Notes: a model not told the origin generated them from the sequence alone. A DNA stretch of 64,000 nucleotides from an uncultured Gammaproteobacteria bacterium (GCA_964516915.1 CAZEXS010000003.1:50861-114860); one strand, 5' to 3'; numbered from the stretch's first letter, positions 26,408-35,959 are shown. Made by a program: numbers and translations.

Positions 26408-27259
26408 ATGAGCACGAAAGCCACAGCATTAACTTTACCTCAAGATGCCAATTTATCAGGCTTTTTAAAGGTGGCTAATAGCGCACCCATATTAACAGCA
26501 GAGCAAGAAGCGCAGCTGGCCCGCAGGTATCGTGACTCAGACGATGTTGATGCCGCCCGTGAATTAGTTCTAACTCAGTTACGCCATGTAATCCATGTTG
26601 CCAAAGGCTTTACCGGTTACGGCTTGCCTGTTGCAGACCTTGTTCAAGAAGGCAATATCGGCCTTATGAAAGCGGTTAAAAATTTCGATCCCGAGCGCGG
26701 CATTCGCTTGGTTTCCTATGCCGTGCATTGGATCAAAGCCGAAATTTACGAATATGTGCTTAAGAACTGGAAAATGGTTAAGGTAGCGACCACTAAGTCT
26801 CAACGTAAACTTTTTTTCAATTTGCGAAAAGCTCGTAAATCGTTAAGCGCCATGACCGAACAAGAAACTTTGGATCTTGCTGAAAACCTCGATGTACCCG
26901 TTAAAACGGTACGCGAAATGGAAGTCCGCATGACCTCCAGTGACGTTTCTTTTGACGGCAAAGATTCTGACGATGACGAGTACTCTGCAAGCCCGGCCGC
27001 ATACCTACCCGATATGCGTTACAACCCAGAGCAAGTGGTTAGTAAAACACAAACGAGTACCAATAATCGCGACGCACTCTACGCCGCAATTGCTGGCTTA
27101 GATGACCGCAGCAAAGACATTTTACAACGCCGTTGGTTGGATGAAGAAAGCAAAGCAACTCTGCATGAATTGGCTGCGGAGTACGGTGTTTCTGCCGAGC
27201 GCATCAGACAGATAGAAAAGCGAGCGATGGAAAAAATGAAAGGCCAGTTGGTTGCCTAA
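26408..27259 (+). CDS. rpoH: RNA polymerase sigma-32 (heat-shock sigma factor)
   Basis: RpoH-box-like QRKLFFNLRK. Region 2 (DLVQEGNIGLMKAVKNFD) and a region 4 HTH (LHELAAEYGVSAERIRQIE). The SD is caggaga. Confidence 0.95.
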   Translation: MSTKATALTLPQDANLSGFLKVANSAPILTAEQEAQLARRYRDSDDVDAARELVLTQLRHVIHVAKGFTGYGLPVADLVQEGNIGLMKAVKNFDPERGIRLVSYAVHWIKAEIYEYVLKNWKMVKVATTKSQRKLFFNLRKARKSLSAMTEQETLDLAENLDVPVKTVREMEVRMTSSDVSFDGKDSDDDEYSASPAAYLPDMRYNPEQVVSKTQTSTNNRDALYAAIAGLDDRSKDILQRRWLDEESKATLHELAAEYGVSAERIRQIEKRAMEKMKGQLVA

Positions 27260-27315
27260 CTCAGACTAATACTTGCAAAGAATAGCGAACTAAAAAAGCG
27301 TCTTTGGCGCACACA

Positions 27316-27346
27316 AAGCTCTTTCGAAAGAAAGGGCTTTTTTTAT
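27316..27346 (+). terminator. Rho-independent terminator after rpoH
   Basis: agctctttc-gaaa-gaaagggct hairpin with one mismatch, followed by ttttttt. Confidence 0.65.
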
Positions 27347-27433
27347 GGTCAACCACCGATTAAGCTAAGACAGTCTTGTATGATTTTGGCGAAACCTCGG
27401 CATAAGAAAACACATATCAAATAGAGAACTACT

Positions 27434-28780
27434 ATGAACAAATACGACCTGGTTGTTATCGGCGGCGGATCTGGCGGCGTACGAGCGGCGAGAATAGCCG
27501 CCGGACATGGCGCAAAAGTAGCCATTTGTGAAGAGCACCGCTATGGCGGAACCTGCGTGATTAGAGGTTGTGTTCCGAAAAAGATGATGGTCTACGCGGC
27601 TCATTTTGCCGAAGATTTTCACGACAGCGCCAGCTATGGTTGGTCAACCACTGTGCACGGTTTCGACTGGTCCAAACTAATCGCAAACAAAGACCAAGAA
27701 ATAGATAGGCTCAATAATATCTACATAACCCTGCTCAAAAATGCAGGTGTTGAAATACTTCACGGAACAGGCAGTATTGTCGATAGAAACACCGTTCAAG
27801 TAGGCGATGCACAACTTGTAACAGATAAAATTCTGATCGCTTCAGGCGGCACACCGTTCATGCCTGAAATCGACGGCATCGAGCATGCAATAAGCTCTAA
27901 TGAAGTATTCCATCTGGAGCAACAGCCCGAGTCCGCCATTGTTGTTGGTGGTGGTTATATTGCTGTGGAGTTCGCTGGTATCTTTAACGGTATCGGCACC
28001 AACACAACGTTGACCTACCGAGGTGAGCAAATTTTACGTGGGTTTGATAACGATATTCGTACTCACCTAGCCAATGAGATGACGAAAAAAGGCATCGATT
28101 TACAGCTTAACAATAATGTTTCGTCTATTAAATTGACCGATGATAACCGTAAGCACGTCACCTTTACCGATGGCAGTGAGAAAGTTGTGGACTGCGTTTT
28201 ATTCGCCACTGGTCGCAAGCCACAAACTGATGCACTTAAGTTGGATCAAGCAGGCGTGGAACTCGGCCGCAAAGGTGAAATTAAGGTGAATGAATTCTCC
28301 TGCACTAACATCGACAATATCTTTGCCGTTGGAGATGTGACTGACAGAATTGCGTTGACGCCTGTTGCAACCATGGAGGGGCATGCATTTGCAGACACCG
28401 TGTTCGGTAATAATGAAAGAGTCGCTGATCACAGCAACGTGCCATCTGCGGTATTTTCGCAACCCCCTATCGGTTCGGTTGGTTTGAGTGCGGAACAAGC
28501 GAGAGAAAAGTTCGACAATGTCGATACTTATACTTCCGAGTTTCGTATTCTCAAGCACACCTTAACTGACAATACTGAACGCACTCTAATGAAATTAATT
28601 ATAGATGCTGACTCCGACAAAGTTGTGGGTGCACATATGGCTGGCCCCGATGCCGCTGAGATCATGCAAGGCATCGCCATCGCAATCAAGGCTGGCGCAA
28701 CCAAATCACACTTTGATGCCACCGTTGGAATTCATCCGAGTACGGCCGAAGAGTTTTGTACCATGCGGACCAAGGACTGA
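27434..28780 (+). CDS. gor: Glutathione-disulfide reductase
   Basis: FAD motif VIGGGSGG, redox-active GGTCVIRGCVPKK, and the C-terminal HPSTAEEF dimer-interface His motif. Confidence 0.85.
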   Translation: MNKYDLVVIGGGSGGVRAARIAAGHGAKVAICEEHRYGGTCVIRGCVPKKMMVYAAHFAEDFHDSASYGWSTTVHGFDWSKLIANKDQEIDRLNNIYITLLKNAGVEILHGTGSIVDRNTVQVGDAQLVTDKILIASGGTPFMPEIDGIEHAISSNEVFHLEQQPESAIVVGGGYIAVEFAGIFNGIGTNTTLTYRGEQILRGFDNDIRTHLANEMTKKGIDLQLNNNVSSIKLTDDNRKHVTFTDGSEKVVDCVLFATGRKPQTDALKLDQAGVELGRKGEIKVNEFSCTNIDNIFAVGDVTDRIALTPVATMEGHAFADTVFGNNERVADHSNVPSAVFSQPPIGSVGLSAEQAREKFDNVDTYTSEFRILKHTLTDNTERTLMKLIIDADSDKVVGAHMAGPDAAEIMQGIAIAIKAGATKSHFDATVGIHPSTAEEFCTMRTKD

Positions 28781-28819
28781 ATACCAAGTACTGGGCACTA
28801 AGTAAATCGTCCGCATCTT

Positions 28820-29050
28820 ATGAGATATAAAGAAGGTCAAATACCCAAAGAGCAATTAGCCGTTCATGCCAGTGACGACATGCTTCTGCTAACGGCTCTA
28901 ATGGGGATAGTCATCGGTATAATACTCACGATATTAGGCCGAAAAGGGAAGCAAATGTGGATGTGGGTTTGGGGTATAGGTCTGGTTTTTTGCAGTGCCT
29001 ATCTTGGAATTTCTTTGTATTTTGATATAAAGCTATTTGGCCATTTTTAG
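28820..29050 (+). CDS. Small two-TM membrane protein (hypothetical)
   Basis: 76 aa with two hydrophobic helices. It lies 39 nt after gor. I recognise no family. Confidence 0.4.
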   Translation: MRYKEGQIPKEQLAVHASDDMLLLTALMGIVIGIILTILGRKGKQMWMWVWGIGLVFCSAYLGISLYFDIKLFGHF

Positions 29051-29136
29051 TCGATAAATGCTCCAAAGCTGACTCGGCACTATACCTAACTTGACTCAAT
29101 CCTAAGCAGCAATATCCAACCACCCAGTTAAATCAC

Positions 29137-29781
29137 TTAATTTTGCATCGTCCCTATAAATCTTTTAGATTCATTAATTGATGCTTCCATTTGGGAAATT
29201 AACACTTTAACTTTATCTTCGATTCTTAACACTTCACCAGACAAACCGCTCACAGCTCGCGCATTCAAATTATGCTTTAAATACAGAGTGTTATCCTGAA
29301 GTACTTGCAGCACGGGCTCAATGCGGTCACTCGACTCTCGCATCTTTCGATAGATGCCTGAATAACGTTTTTTGGTGCTCGTGAGATTAGCTTGGCTCTT
29401 GTTTCGCAAACTCGCGCTTTGATATTGTTCGAGCTCCAGTTGCCACTCATCAAAAAGGTCATTTGCAACACGGTCAACCGATTCAATGTGCTTATTAAGT
29501 TCTTCGGCTTTAGCTTCGCTCTTTTTGACCGCTGACGCCATCGTCTTATAATTTTTCTCTAAACCTTGGTCGTCTACCACTACTAAACTTGCGAGCTCTT
29601 GATAGGCTGATTGAACTTGCTGCTTGGTCTGTTCTTGAGCCTCGGTGGTTTTTTCGATTCTATCTACAAGAATATCACGCTTATGAACACCGATTTTTTC
29701 AAGTGCCGAATACTGTGCTTTTTGAGCCACACCGCATGCACTCAAGCTGAGCAGCATAATAATGGTAGTAAAAAATTTCAT
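29137..29781 (-). CDS. DUF2959-family lipoprotein
   Basis: Lipobox LSLSACG, then YSALEKIGVHKRDILVDRIE, which is characteristic of DUF2959. The rest is helical and coiled. Confidence 0.7.
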   Translation of the reverse strand: MKFFTTIIMLLSLSACGVAQKAQYSALEKIGVHKRDILVDRIEKTTEAQEQTKQQVQSAYQELASLVVVDDQGLEKNYKTMASAVKKSEAKAEELNKHIESVDRVANDLFDEWQLELEQYQSASLRNKSQANLTSTKKRYSGIYRKMRESSDRIEPVLQVLQDNTLYLKHNLNARAVSGLSGEVLRIEDKVKVLISQMEASINESKRFIGTMQN

Positions 29782-29993
29782 GGTTTTGTCTGTTAATCTA
29801 TAGCGGCAAATATATTAACAAAAATGCGCATTTGCATTCGCAAAAACGTGTTAAATTATTTTCGTTAGATCACTCTCCTTTACAAAATATGAACTCGATC
29901 CTAAAGTTCTTACCTCTACTACTCAAAGCGAAAAATGTGAAAGGCAAAAAGCGCTGGATCGGAAGCTTATAGCTTATAGCGTCGGCCTACCAA

Positions 29994-30605
29994 ATGCTTA
30001 GTCCTAACGGCATCGGCGCTGATTGGGGTGTGCCGAGCATCGATACTTTTTATAAAGAGCCTAGAGACGTCTTGGTCACTAGAATCAACGCGGCGAGCAA
30101 AGCTCAACAAGAAACCGCCGACGAATTTAGATCCGCGCTGGAGACCTTCAAGTCGGTAACGGGCTTTAAAGGGGGAGATTTAGAGAGCCAATTTAACACA
30201 CTTAACGCCGCTTTCGACGACAGTGAAGATGCGGCCGCACAAGTGAGTAAAAAGGTCGACCGAGTGGTGAGTGCTACAAATAGTTTGCTGGAAGAATGGC
30301 GAGAAGAACTAGAACAGTATCATGATCAAGCGATAAAAAAACGCGCTCAAGACCAGTTTGACAAGACTCGAAACCAGTCCGAAAAGCTCATCTCTACCAT
30401 GCGCAAGGCCGAAGCTAAAACAAAACCGGTTCTTGCCGTATTTCGTGATCAAGTGCTGTTTTTAAAACACAATTTGAATATGCAAGCAATCAGCTCGCTG
30501 GAACAAGAAAGCGCGACTATCGAGAGAGATGTCTCCGAGTTAATCGCCGATATGCAAAAGTCTATTACTGAAGCAGAAGCCTTTGTGAACGGGCTTAGTC
30601 TATAG
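29994..30605 (+). CDS. DUF2959-family paralog with no evident signal peptide
   Basis: Clear homology to the 29137 gene product: EWREELEQY vs EWQLELEQY, and LFLKHNLNMQAI vs LYLKHNLNARAV. All three frames upstream contain stops. Confidence 0.65.
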   Translation: MLSPNGIGADWGVPSIDTFYKEPRDVLVTRINAASKAQQETADEFRSALETFKSVTGFKGGDLESQFNTLNAAFDDSEDAAAQVSKKVDRVVSATNSLLEEWREELEQYHDQAIKKRAQDQFDKTRNQSEKLISTMRKAEAKTKPVLAVFRDQVLFLKHNLNMQAISSLEQESATIERDVSELIADMQKSITEAEAFVNGLSL

Positions 30606-30640
30606 GCTCTACGACATAGGCTTTAGCGACTTTCCCTTTT

Positions 30641-31600
30641 TTAACCACTTTCACCCAAAGAAAAAACAGACTCACGGGCAATTTTCCAATCTCCGCCAAC
30701 CTTCTTCAAATACATCCTTTTGAGAACTTCATCACTGATCGTGGCTGAACTGTAGTTTTGCTTAAACTCAACCCCCGCCGCCATCAAGTCACGGTTAAGT
30801 ACCACACGAATTCGGTTTATTTCTATATTGCGATCTTCTCTTTTAGAAACGATACGCTGTCTATTCGCTAGCCATTCAGAATACGTCAGCCCCCCTTCGG
30901 GTGAAAATGTATCGGTGTAGAAACCTAAATAGCCTTCCGCATTGCTGCCCTGCCAGGCCACTCGCCAATTCTCTATCAGGCTTTTGATTTGTTTCTCAAT
31001 GCGCTCCTTCTCTAATTCAACAAAACGATCTCCCTGAACTGAGAGCTCATTTTTAAGAACTGAAGGTTCTTTTTTAACAGCTGGAAGCTGTTGACCTAGC
31101 GCTGAAGGCTCTTGTTTCTGAGCTGAAGGCTCTAGCTCATTAGTTTTATCAACCACAACTTTTGAGACCAATGGCTGAGCGCTATAGGTCGCCATTTGCC
31201 GACCATCATCAACAAGCAAACCCGACATCACTTCGTCGTCTACACTTTTGTCTGCGACACCCAGGTCACCAGAGAAAGTAGCGGCACTGCTATCTATTGA
31301 TGACTTGATACTTTTAGGCTGAACCGATTGCCTGTCATTGATAGTCTGATTTGAAGTAGTGCTGTTTGCTATAAAGCCTGAGCCGAGGGTCAATCCAAAC
31401 AATAGCAAAGCACCGCCCCAAATCGACGCGCGCACCTTATTTGCCAACAAACCATCAGAATACATCCCTCTCTGGAAGCAATCACGACATCGCAGCGGCA
31501 CCACCGGTAAAACGGTGCTAACGATTCGTTCTATTCCTTGATAACGCGAACTTGCTAACTGCGAAGCACCGCACTTTTTACATTTTTTATTTGAACCCAC
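30641..31600 (-). CDS. Zinc-ribbon / single-TM protein with a C-terminal NTF2-like (Cds6-type) domain
   Basis: N-terminal CKKCG...CRDC, a TM segment (IWGGALLLFGLTLGSGFI), an (E)PS-rich linker, and a C-terminal domain homologous to those at 4535 and 5842. Confidence 0.6.
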   Translation of the reverse strand: MGSNKKCKKCGASQLASSRYQGIERIVSTVLPVVPLRCRDCFQRGMYSDGLLANKVRASIWGGALLLFGLTLGSGFIANSTTSNQTINDRQSVQPKSIKSSIDSSAATFSGDLGVADKSVDDEVMSGLLVDDGRQMATYSAQPLVSKVVVDKTNELEPSAQKQEPSALGQQLPAVKKEPSVLKNELSVQGDRFVELEKERIEKQIKSLIENWRVAWQGSNAEGYLGFYTDTFSPEGGLTYSEWLANRQRIVSKREDRNIEINRIRVVLNRDLMAAGVEFKQNYSSATISDEVLKRMYLKKVGGDWKIARESVFSLGESG

Positions 31601-31664
31601 AATACATTAATGACTATTAGAGCCATTACCCATCATAAAATATTTATCAAACCCTATAGCGAAT

Positions 31665-31700
31665 TTACTAACTTACCCATTATTACTAACTTACCCATTA
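31665..31700. repeat. Perfect tandem duplication of the 18-bp unit ttactaacttacccatta
   Basis: Copies at 31665-31682 and 31683-31700, in the region upstream of the 30641-31600 gene. Confidence 0.85.
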
Positions 31701-31894
31701 GTTGGTAACGCTTTCCTATGCTCCGCCATACCCTCGAACGTACCTGAATTTACAACACATAATCCAACGCCCTTCTATACAATAACAAATTAATTGACAT
31801 ATTACAAAATTTTACATTCTTGTTGTGAACAAAACGTTACAAACCTGCATTAATTTCGAGAAAGCTTGGAACTTGCACAAAATCAACTCAAAAA

Positions 31895-34120
31895 CTATTG
31901 TTTTATATCGTGAGCCAATAGCATGAACGTATATTCTTCCGCATAATCGCGTAACCGCCCGTAACGCCCCGAGTTCGCAAAATGCCCAGCGCCCATATTA
32001 ATGCGCATTACCAGCAAATTATCATCCGTTTTTTCAGCGCGCATTTTTGCAGTCCACTTTGCTGGCTCCCAATAGGTAACGCGCGGGTCGTTCAAGCCTC
32101 CTGAAACGTACATAGGAGGATATTCAACCTTATCGATGTTGTCATAAGGTGAATAGCTTTTAATCAGGGCATAATCATCAGCACTCTTAATTGGATTGCC
32201 CCATTCTTGCCATTCCGGCGGCGTGAGCGGTAAGGACGCGTCGAGCATGGTATTAAGTACATCCACAAATGGCACCCCTAAATTAACCGAGCGCCAGAGT
32301 TCAGGCGCCTGAATTACCGCAGCCCCCATTAACTCTCCGCCAGCACTACGCCCAGAAATAGAAATATTTCCCGCAGCAACGTATTTTCTATCAATCAAAG
32401 CTTTCGCTACATCGACAAAATCATTAAAGGTATTGTTACGTTTGTCGAGCTTGCCATCCAGGTACCACTGATAGCTCATCATAGAACCGCCACGAACATG
32501 CGCAATGGCAAATGAAAAACCTCGATCAAGAGCACTTAGACGCATGGTCGAAAAACTTGGCGTAACCGTCGAAGAATAAGCGCCATAGCCATACAACCAC
32601 ATCGGTTGGGTAGCGTCTTTCTTAAAACCCTTTTTATAAACTAAGGTCACCGGCACATCCACACCATCGCGCGCCGTGATCATTAAACGTTCGCTCTCGT
32701 ATTGGCTTTTATCATAGCCTGATGGAACTTTTTTTACCTTACGAGTAAGTAGCTCGCCATCTTCAAACTGGTAGTCGAATACCGTGTCCGGCGTAATCAT
32801 TGACTCATAATTTATACGTAAATGAGACGCCTTAAAATCTCGATTAACACCGATAGACGCAGCAAACACCGTTTCTGGAAACTCTATGGCATGTCGTTTT
32901 AAGTCTAAAGAGCCTTCTATTGGGTACTCAAGTAATTCAATTTTCTCCAATCCACTTACACGAGACTTCAGGGCCAGGAACCCATCAAATGCTTGCAGGC
33001 TCAGCAAATAATTAGCATCCGAGCCATGTTGAAGGGTCTGCCAATGCTCAAGCTGCGGCGCTTTGTCACTGACTCGTGCCAAGCGAAAATTTTTATGCTC
33101 ATCATTCGCCAGCAGATAAAAATGACCATGCGCATGATCGATTTTCTGTTGAAAGCCAGCATCACGCGACACCATTTGGGTAAGCTCACCCGACAAATCG
33201 GCCGCTATCACATGGCTTTCCTGTGTTTCGCCCTGTGAAGAGCTAATTATTATAAATTCGCGACTGCTACTTAAATAAAACCCGATGAAATAGCCGTCAT
33301 CATCTTCACGATAAAGTGTTCGATCACTACTTTGAGACTGCCCAATCTCATGAATTTTTATCTCTTTTGTATGCCAACGTTCTTTCTCTAACAACCCATA
33401 TAACAGTGCGGAACCGTCAGCGGTGTAAGCTAAAGAGCCCGCTACGTCGTTGAGTTTGTCACTTAGATACTCACCGGTTTCTAAGTCCTTAATTTTTACT
33501 TGATAACGTTCATCACCGGCCGTATCGTAAGAATAGGCCAGGTAGCGATTATCCGGGCTAATCACCCAATCACCTAATACAAAATAATCAAGGCCGTCAG
33601 CAAGCACGGTTTCATCGAGAAAAACCGACTCTTTTCCGCTTGTCAGATTTTTGCGACTTCGTGTTCGATACTCTTCTCCTTCACGGTAATACCATCGATA
33701 CTCATAACCGTTTTCAATATACGGAACCGATTCCTCGGTTTCGTCGGTTCGCCCCTTAAACTCTTCAAAAAGCGTATCTGTTAATTGTTGATGCGGTTCT
33801 AAAAACGCTTTGTGGTAGGCATTTTCTTGACGTAAATAATCAAGCACCGCTTCATCCTCAACTTTTGGGTAATCTTGATCTTTGAGCCAAAAATAGGGGT
33901 CTTTTAAAGTATCTCCATGATATTCACGCTGACTAGGAACGCGCGATGCAACGGGAGCAGCCACACTCAATTGTTTTAAGCGACTATGAGCCTTCATTGA
34001 TAGTTTCTCGTTAGTTTTAGTTGCCAGTGGTATTGGCGATTGATTATGTGTGGATGTTTGATGATTACAAGCGACAATGCTTAGGCTCACTACCAGCAGC
34101 CAGATCAATTTAGATTTCAT
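31895..34120 (-). CDS. ptrB: S9-family serine peptidase, oligopeptidase B (protease II)-like, lipoprotein
   Basis: Lipobox LSIVAC, a beta-propeller N-domain, and a catalytic domain with GRSAGGELMG (Ser) and a C-terminal GAGHF (His). Confidence 0.85.
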   Translation of the reverse strand: MKSKLIWLLVVSLSIVACNHQTSTHNQSPIPLATKTNEKLSMKAHSRLKQLSVAAPVASRVPSQREYHGDTLKDPYFWLKDQDYPKVEDEAVLDYLRQENAYHKAFLEPHQQLTDTLFEEFKGRTDETEESVPYIENGYEYRWYYREGEEYRTRSRKNLTSGKESVFLDETVLADGLDYFVLGDWVISPDNRYLAYSYDTAGDERYQVKIKDLETGEYLSDKLNDVAGSLAYTADGSALLYGLLEKERWHTKEIKIHEIGQSQSSDRTLYREDDDGYFIGFYLSSSREFIIISSSQGETQESHVIAADLSGELTQMVSRDAGFQQKIDHAHGHFYLLANDEHKNFRLARVSDKAPQLEHWQTLQHGSDANYLLSLQAFDGFLALKSRVSGLEKIELLEYPIEGSLDLKRHAIEFPETVFAASIGVNRDFKASHLRINYESMITPDTVFDYQFEDGELLTRKVKKVPSGYDKSQYESERLMITARDGVDVPVTLVYKKGFKKDATQPMWLYGYGAYSSTVTPSFSTMRLSALDRGFSFAIAHVRGGSMMSYQWYLDGKLDKRNNTFNDFVDVAKALIDRKYVAAGNISISGRSAGGELMGAAVIQAPELWRSVNLGVPFVDVLNTMLDASLPLTPPEWQEWGNPIKSADDYALIKSYSPYDNIDKVEYPPMYVSGGLNDPRVTYWEPAKWTAKMRAEKTDDNLLVMRINMGAGHFANSGRYGRLRDYAEEYTFMLLAHDIKQ

Positions 34121-34303
34121 CGTATGACTTAAATACTCTTAAACACTAGTAGGCAGATTAATATTAGCCAAAATCATAGAGTTTCGAGTACTAAATGTAA
34201 ATCTTGTGAAGGCATTATCGAATGGTTCAGCTTTGGTTCAGTTCAGTTGATCTAGTCTTAGGATATCGTAACGCTCTTGATTGAGAATTTGGAGGTCACT
34301 GTG

Positions 34304-34894
34304 ATGATTAAATCTCTACAACTTAAAGCTTTTAGACTTAAAGCTTTTAGAGTTAAAACCCTGTTATTCTCTTTCGCAAAGCGGCCCATGTTGATGGCGT
34401 TATCCGCTGTGTCATTAGTATCGATGGTTGTGATTCCGGCAACAAGTCAGGCAAGTGGCAGTCTTCATTTAGACCTGCCTGGGTTGAGCATCGGGCTGCA
34501 CGACGATACACATTACCGACACGTGAATAAAAAAAGCAGTCGCCATGACCGTCGCCGATCATCTAAATCTAAGCAGTATTATTATGGTAATCGCTATGAC
34601 CGCAAATACCGTAATAACTCAAGTCGATACAACAACCGTTATTACGATAAACCTTATTACAACAAGCCCAATTACAACAAAAGCTACAACAACGGCTACA
34701 ATAATCGCTACTACAAAAAGCGCTATTACAATAACCGATACAACAACTACAACGGTGGACGATCGAATCAATACCGTTATCGAAACAGTTATCGCAACAA
34801 CCGCGCACAAGCATGTCCAGAACCCGGCTACTACCCTTATTACAATGACAAGCTAAATTGCTATAAACATAAAGGCCATTTCCACTGCAGCTAA
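34304..34894 (+). CDS. Secreted Asn/Tyr/Arg/Lys-rich low-complexity protein with a Cys-containing C-terminus
   Basis: The start is refined to the ATG at 34304 (GGAGG 8 nt upstream). Signal peptide ending ATSQASG. The mature part is dominated by NRYY/YNN-type repeats and ends CPEPGYYPYYNDKLNCYKHKGHFHCS. Confidence 0.55.
   Translation: MIKSLQLKAFRLKAFRVKTLLFSFAKRPMLMALSAVSLVSMVVIPATSQASGSLHLDLPGLSIGLHDDTHYRHVNKKSSRHDRRRSSKSKQYYYGNRYDRKYRNNSSRYNNRYYDKPYYNKPNYNKSYNNGYNNRYYKKRYYNNRYNNYNGGRSNQYRYRNSYRNNRAQACPEPGYYPYYNDKLNCYKHKGHFHCS
34321..34350. repeat. Perfect 15-bp tandem duplication (acttaaagcttttag x2) inside the 5' end of the CDS
   Basis: Copies at 34321-34335 and 34336-34350. It encodes a duplicated LKAFR in the signal-peptide n-region. 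Confidence 0.9.
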
Positions 34895-35090
34895 GCTTAG
34901 ACAAAAATCACTGCATAAAAGATTCAAGAATTCTGTTCATTGATATGGTCGCAAAGCAAGTGCAACGCTTTGAGAGCCGGCCGCTACAATGATCGAATCG
35001 GGCTGGGTAGGCCCAGGCTGAAGTACTGGTTATACTGACGCCACTGAAGGCCATCACTTTTTAGTTTCACAAAACTCACGAGTGATGGCC

Positions 35091-35957
35091 TTACTCTTTT
35101 ATACCTACTTTAAAATCGGGGTAACGCAACTTAATATCCAGCTGCGCAAGCATCTTTTCATTACTGATTTTGCGCGACTCACTCAAATAAGAAAGCATGC
35201 CAGCAGATAAGTGCGTTTGAGCATCCTGCATGCTAATTTCTGGCAAAGGAGACATACCAATTACGTGAGCTGCGGTTTGCAAGTATTCGGATATCTTGCC
35301 CGGCACACCGTCCGTTACATTGAAAATCTCACCCCCGCCACCGGACTCCATTGCGCGCACTGAAATCTGCGCTAAATCATCAGCGTGAATCCGGTTGGTG
35401 TATCCACATTCATCAGCCCGAACCACCGGGGTTCGCTTTAATAATCGTTGTCGCGGCAATCGAGAATAGGCATAAATGCCGGGCACACGCAGCACCACAA
35501 CCGGCACGCCATTCTGATGACCCCAGTCTAGCCACGCTCTCTCGGAATCTAAACGCCGTTTGCCTCTATCGGTTTGCGGCGCGGTTGGCGAATTTTCATT
35601 CACCCATTCTCCATCGCAGTCACCGTATACGCCTGTTGTGCTGATCAGCACCACTTTACGCGGCGTAACGCCAGTAAGCTGCCAAAATTCTAGTAATGCA
35701 GCACTTCTCATATCAGTCACGCCAAAGCCTTGTGGCGGGACGGTATAATACAGATTCGAATTGTGACATAGACTTAAATCACGCCCGATGTCGTCCAGGT
35801 TTAAGGTCTGAGCAACCACTTTCAACCGTGCGCACCGTTCAGCGCTTTCTACGGTATTCACATAAGCGTGAATCTCATCACTGGTCATTCCACCGTTTAA
35901 TAATTGTGAAATAATTCTGCGGCCGACATCGCCAGCGCCAAAAATAACAGACAACAT
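35091..35957 (-). CDS. NAD(P)-binding SDR-family epimerase/dehydratase-like oxidoreductase
   Basis: N-terminal Rossmann motif FGAGDVGRR. The extended SDR layout (ISTTGVYG) is also present. Confidence 0.7.
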   Translation of the reverse strand: MLSVIFGAGDVGRRIISQLLNGGMTSDEIHAYVNTVESAERCARLKVVAQTLNLDDIGRDLSLCHNSNLYYTVPPQGFGVTDMRSAALLEFWQLTGVTPRKVVLISTTGVYGDCDGEWVNENSPTAPQTDRGKRRLDSERAWLDWGHQNGVPVVVLRVPGIYAYSRLPRQRLLKRTPVVRADECGYTNRIHADDLAQISVRAMESGGGGEIFNVTDGVPGKISEYLQTAAHVIGMSPLPEISMQDAQTHLSAGMLSYLSESRKISNEKMLAQLDIKLRYPDFKVGIKE

Positions 35958-35959
35958 TT

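Noticed and set aside
29889-29972. Upstream in-frame mini-ORF (MNSILKFLPLLLKAKNVKGKKRWIGSL) as a lost signal peptide of the second DUF2959 gene
   Set aside because: It does not resemble a Sec or lipoprotein signal. It ends in TAG, and removing one copy of the adjacent 7-bp duplication does not restore a continuous frame.
34545-34904. Three overlapping ORFs (103, 111 and 63 aa) in other frames and on the other strand of the N/Y-rich gene
   Set aside because: They are artefacts of the AAY/TAY-rich repeat. Only the frame with GGAGG plus ATG and a signal peptide (34304-34894) looks genuine.
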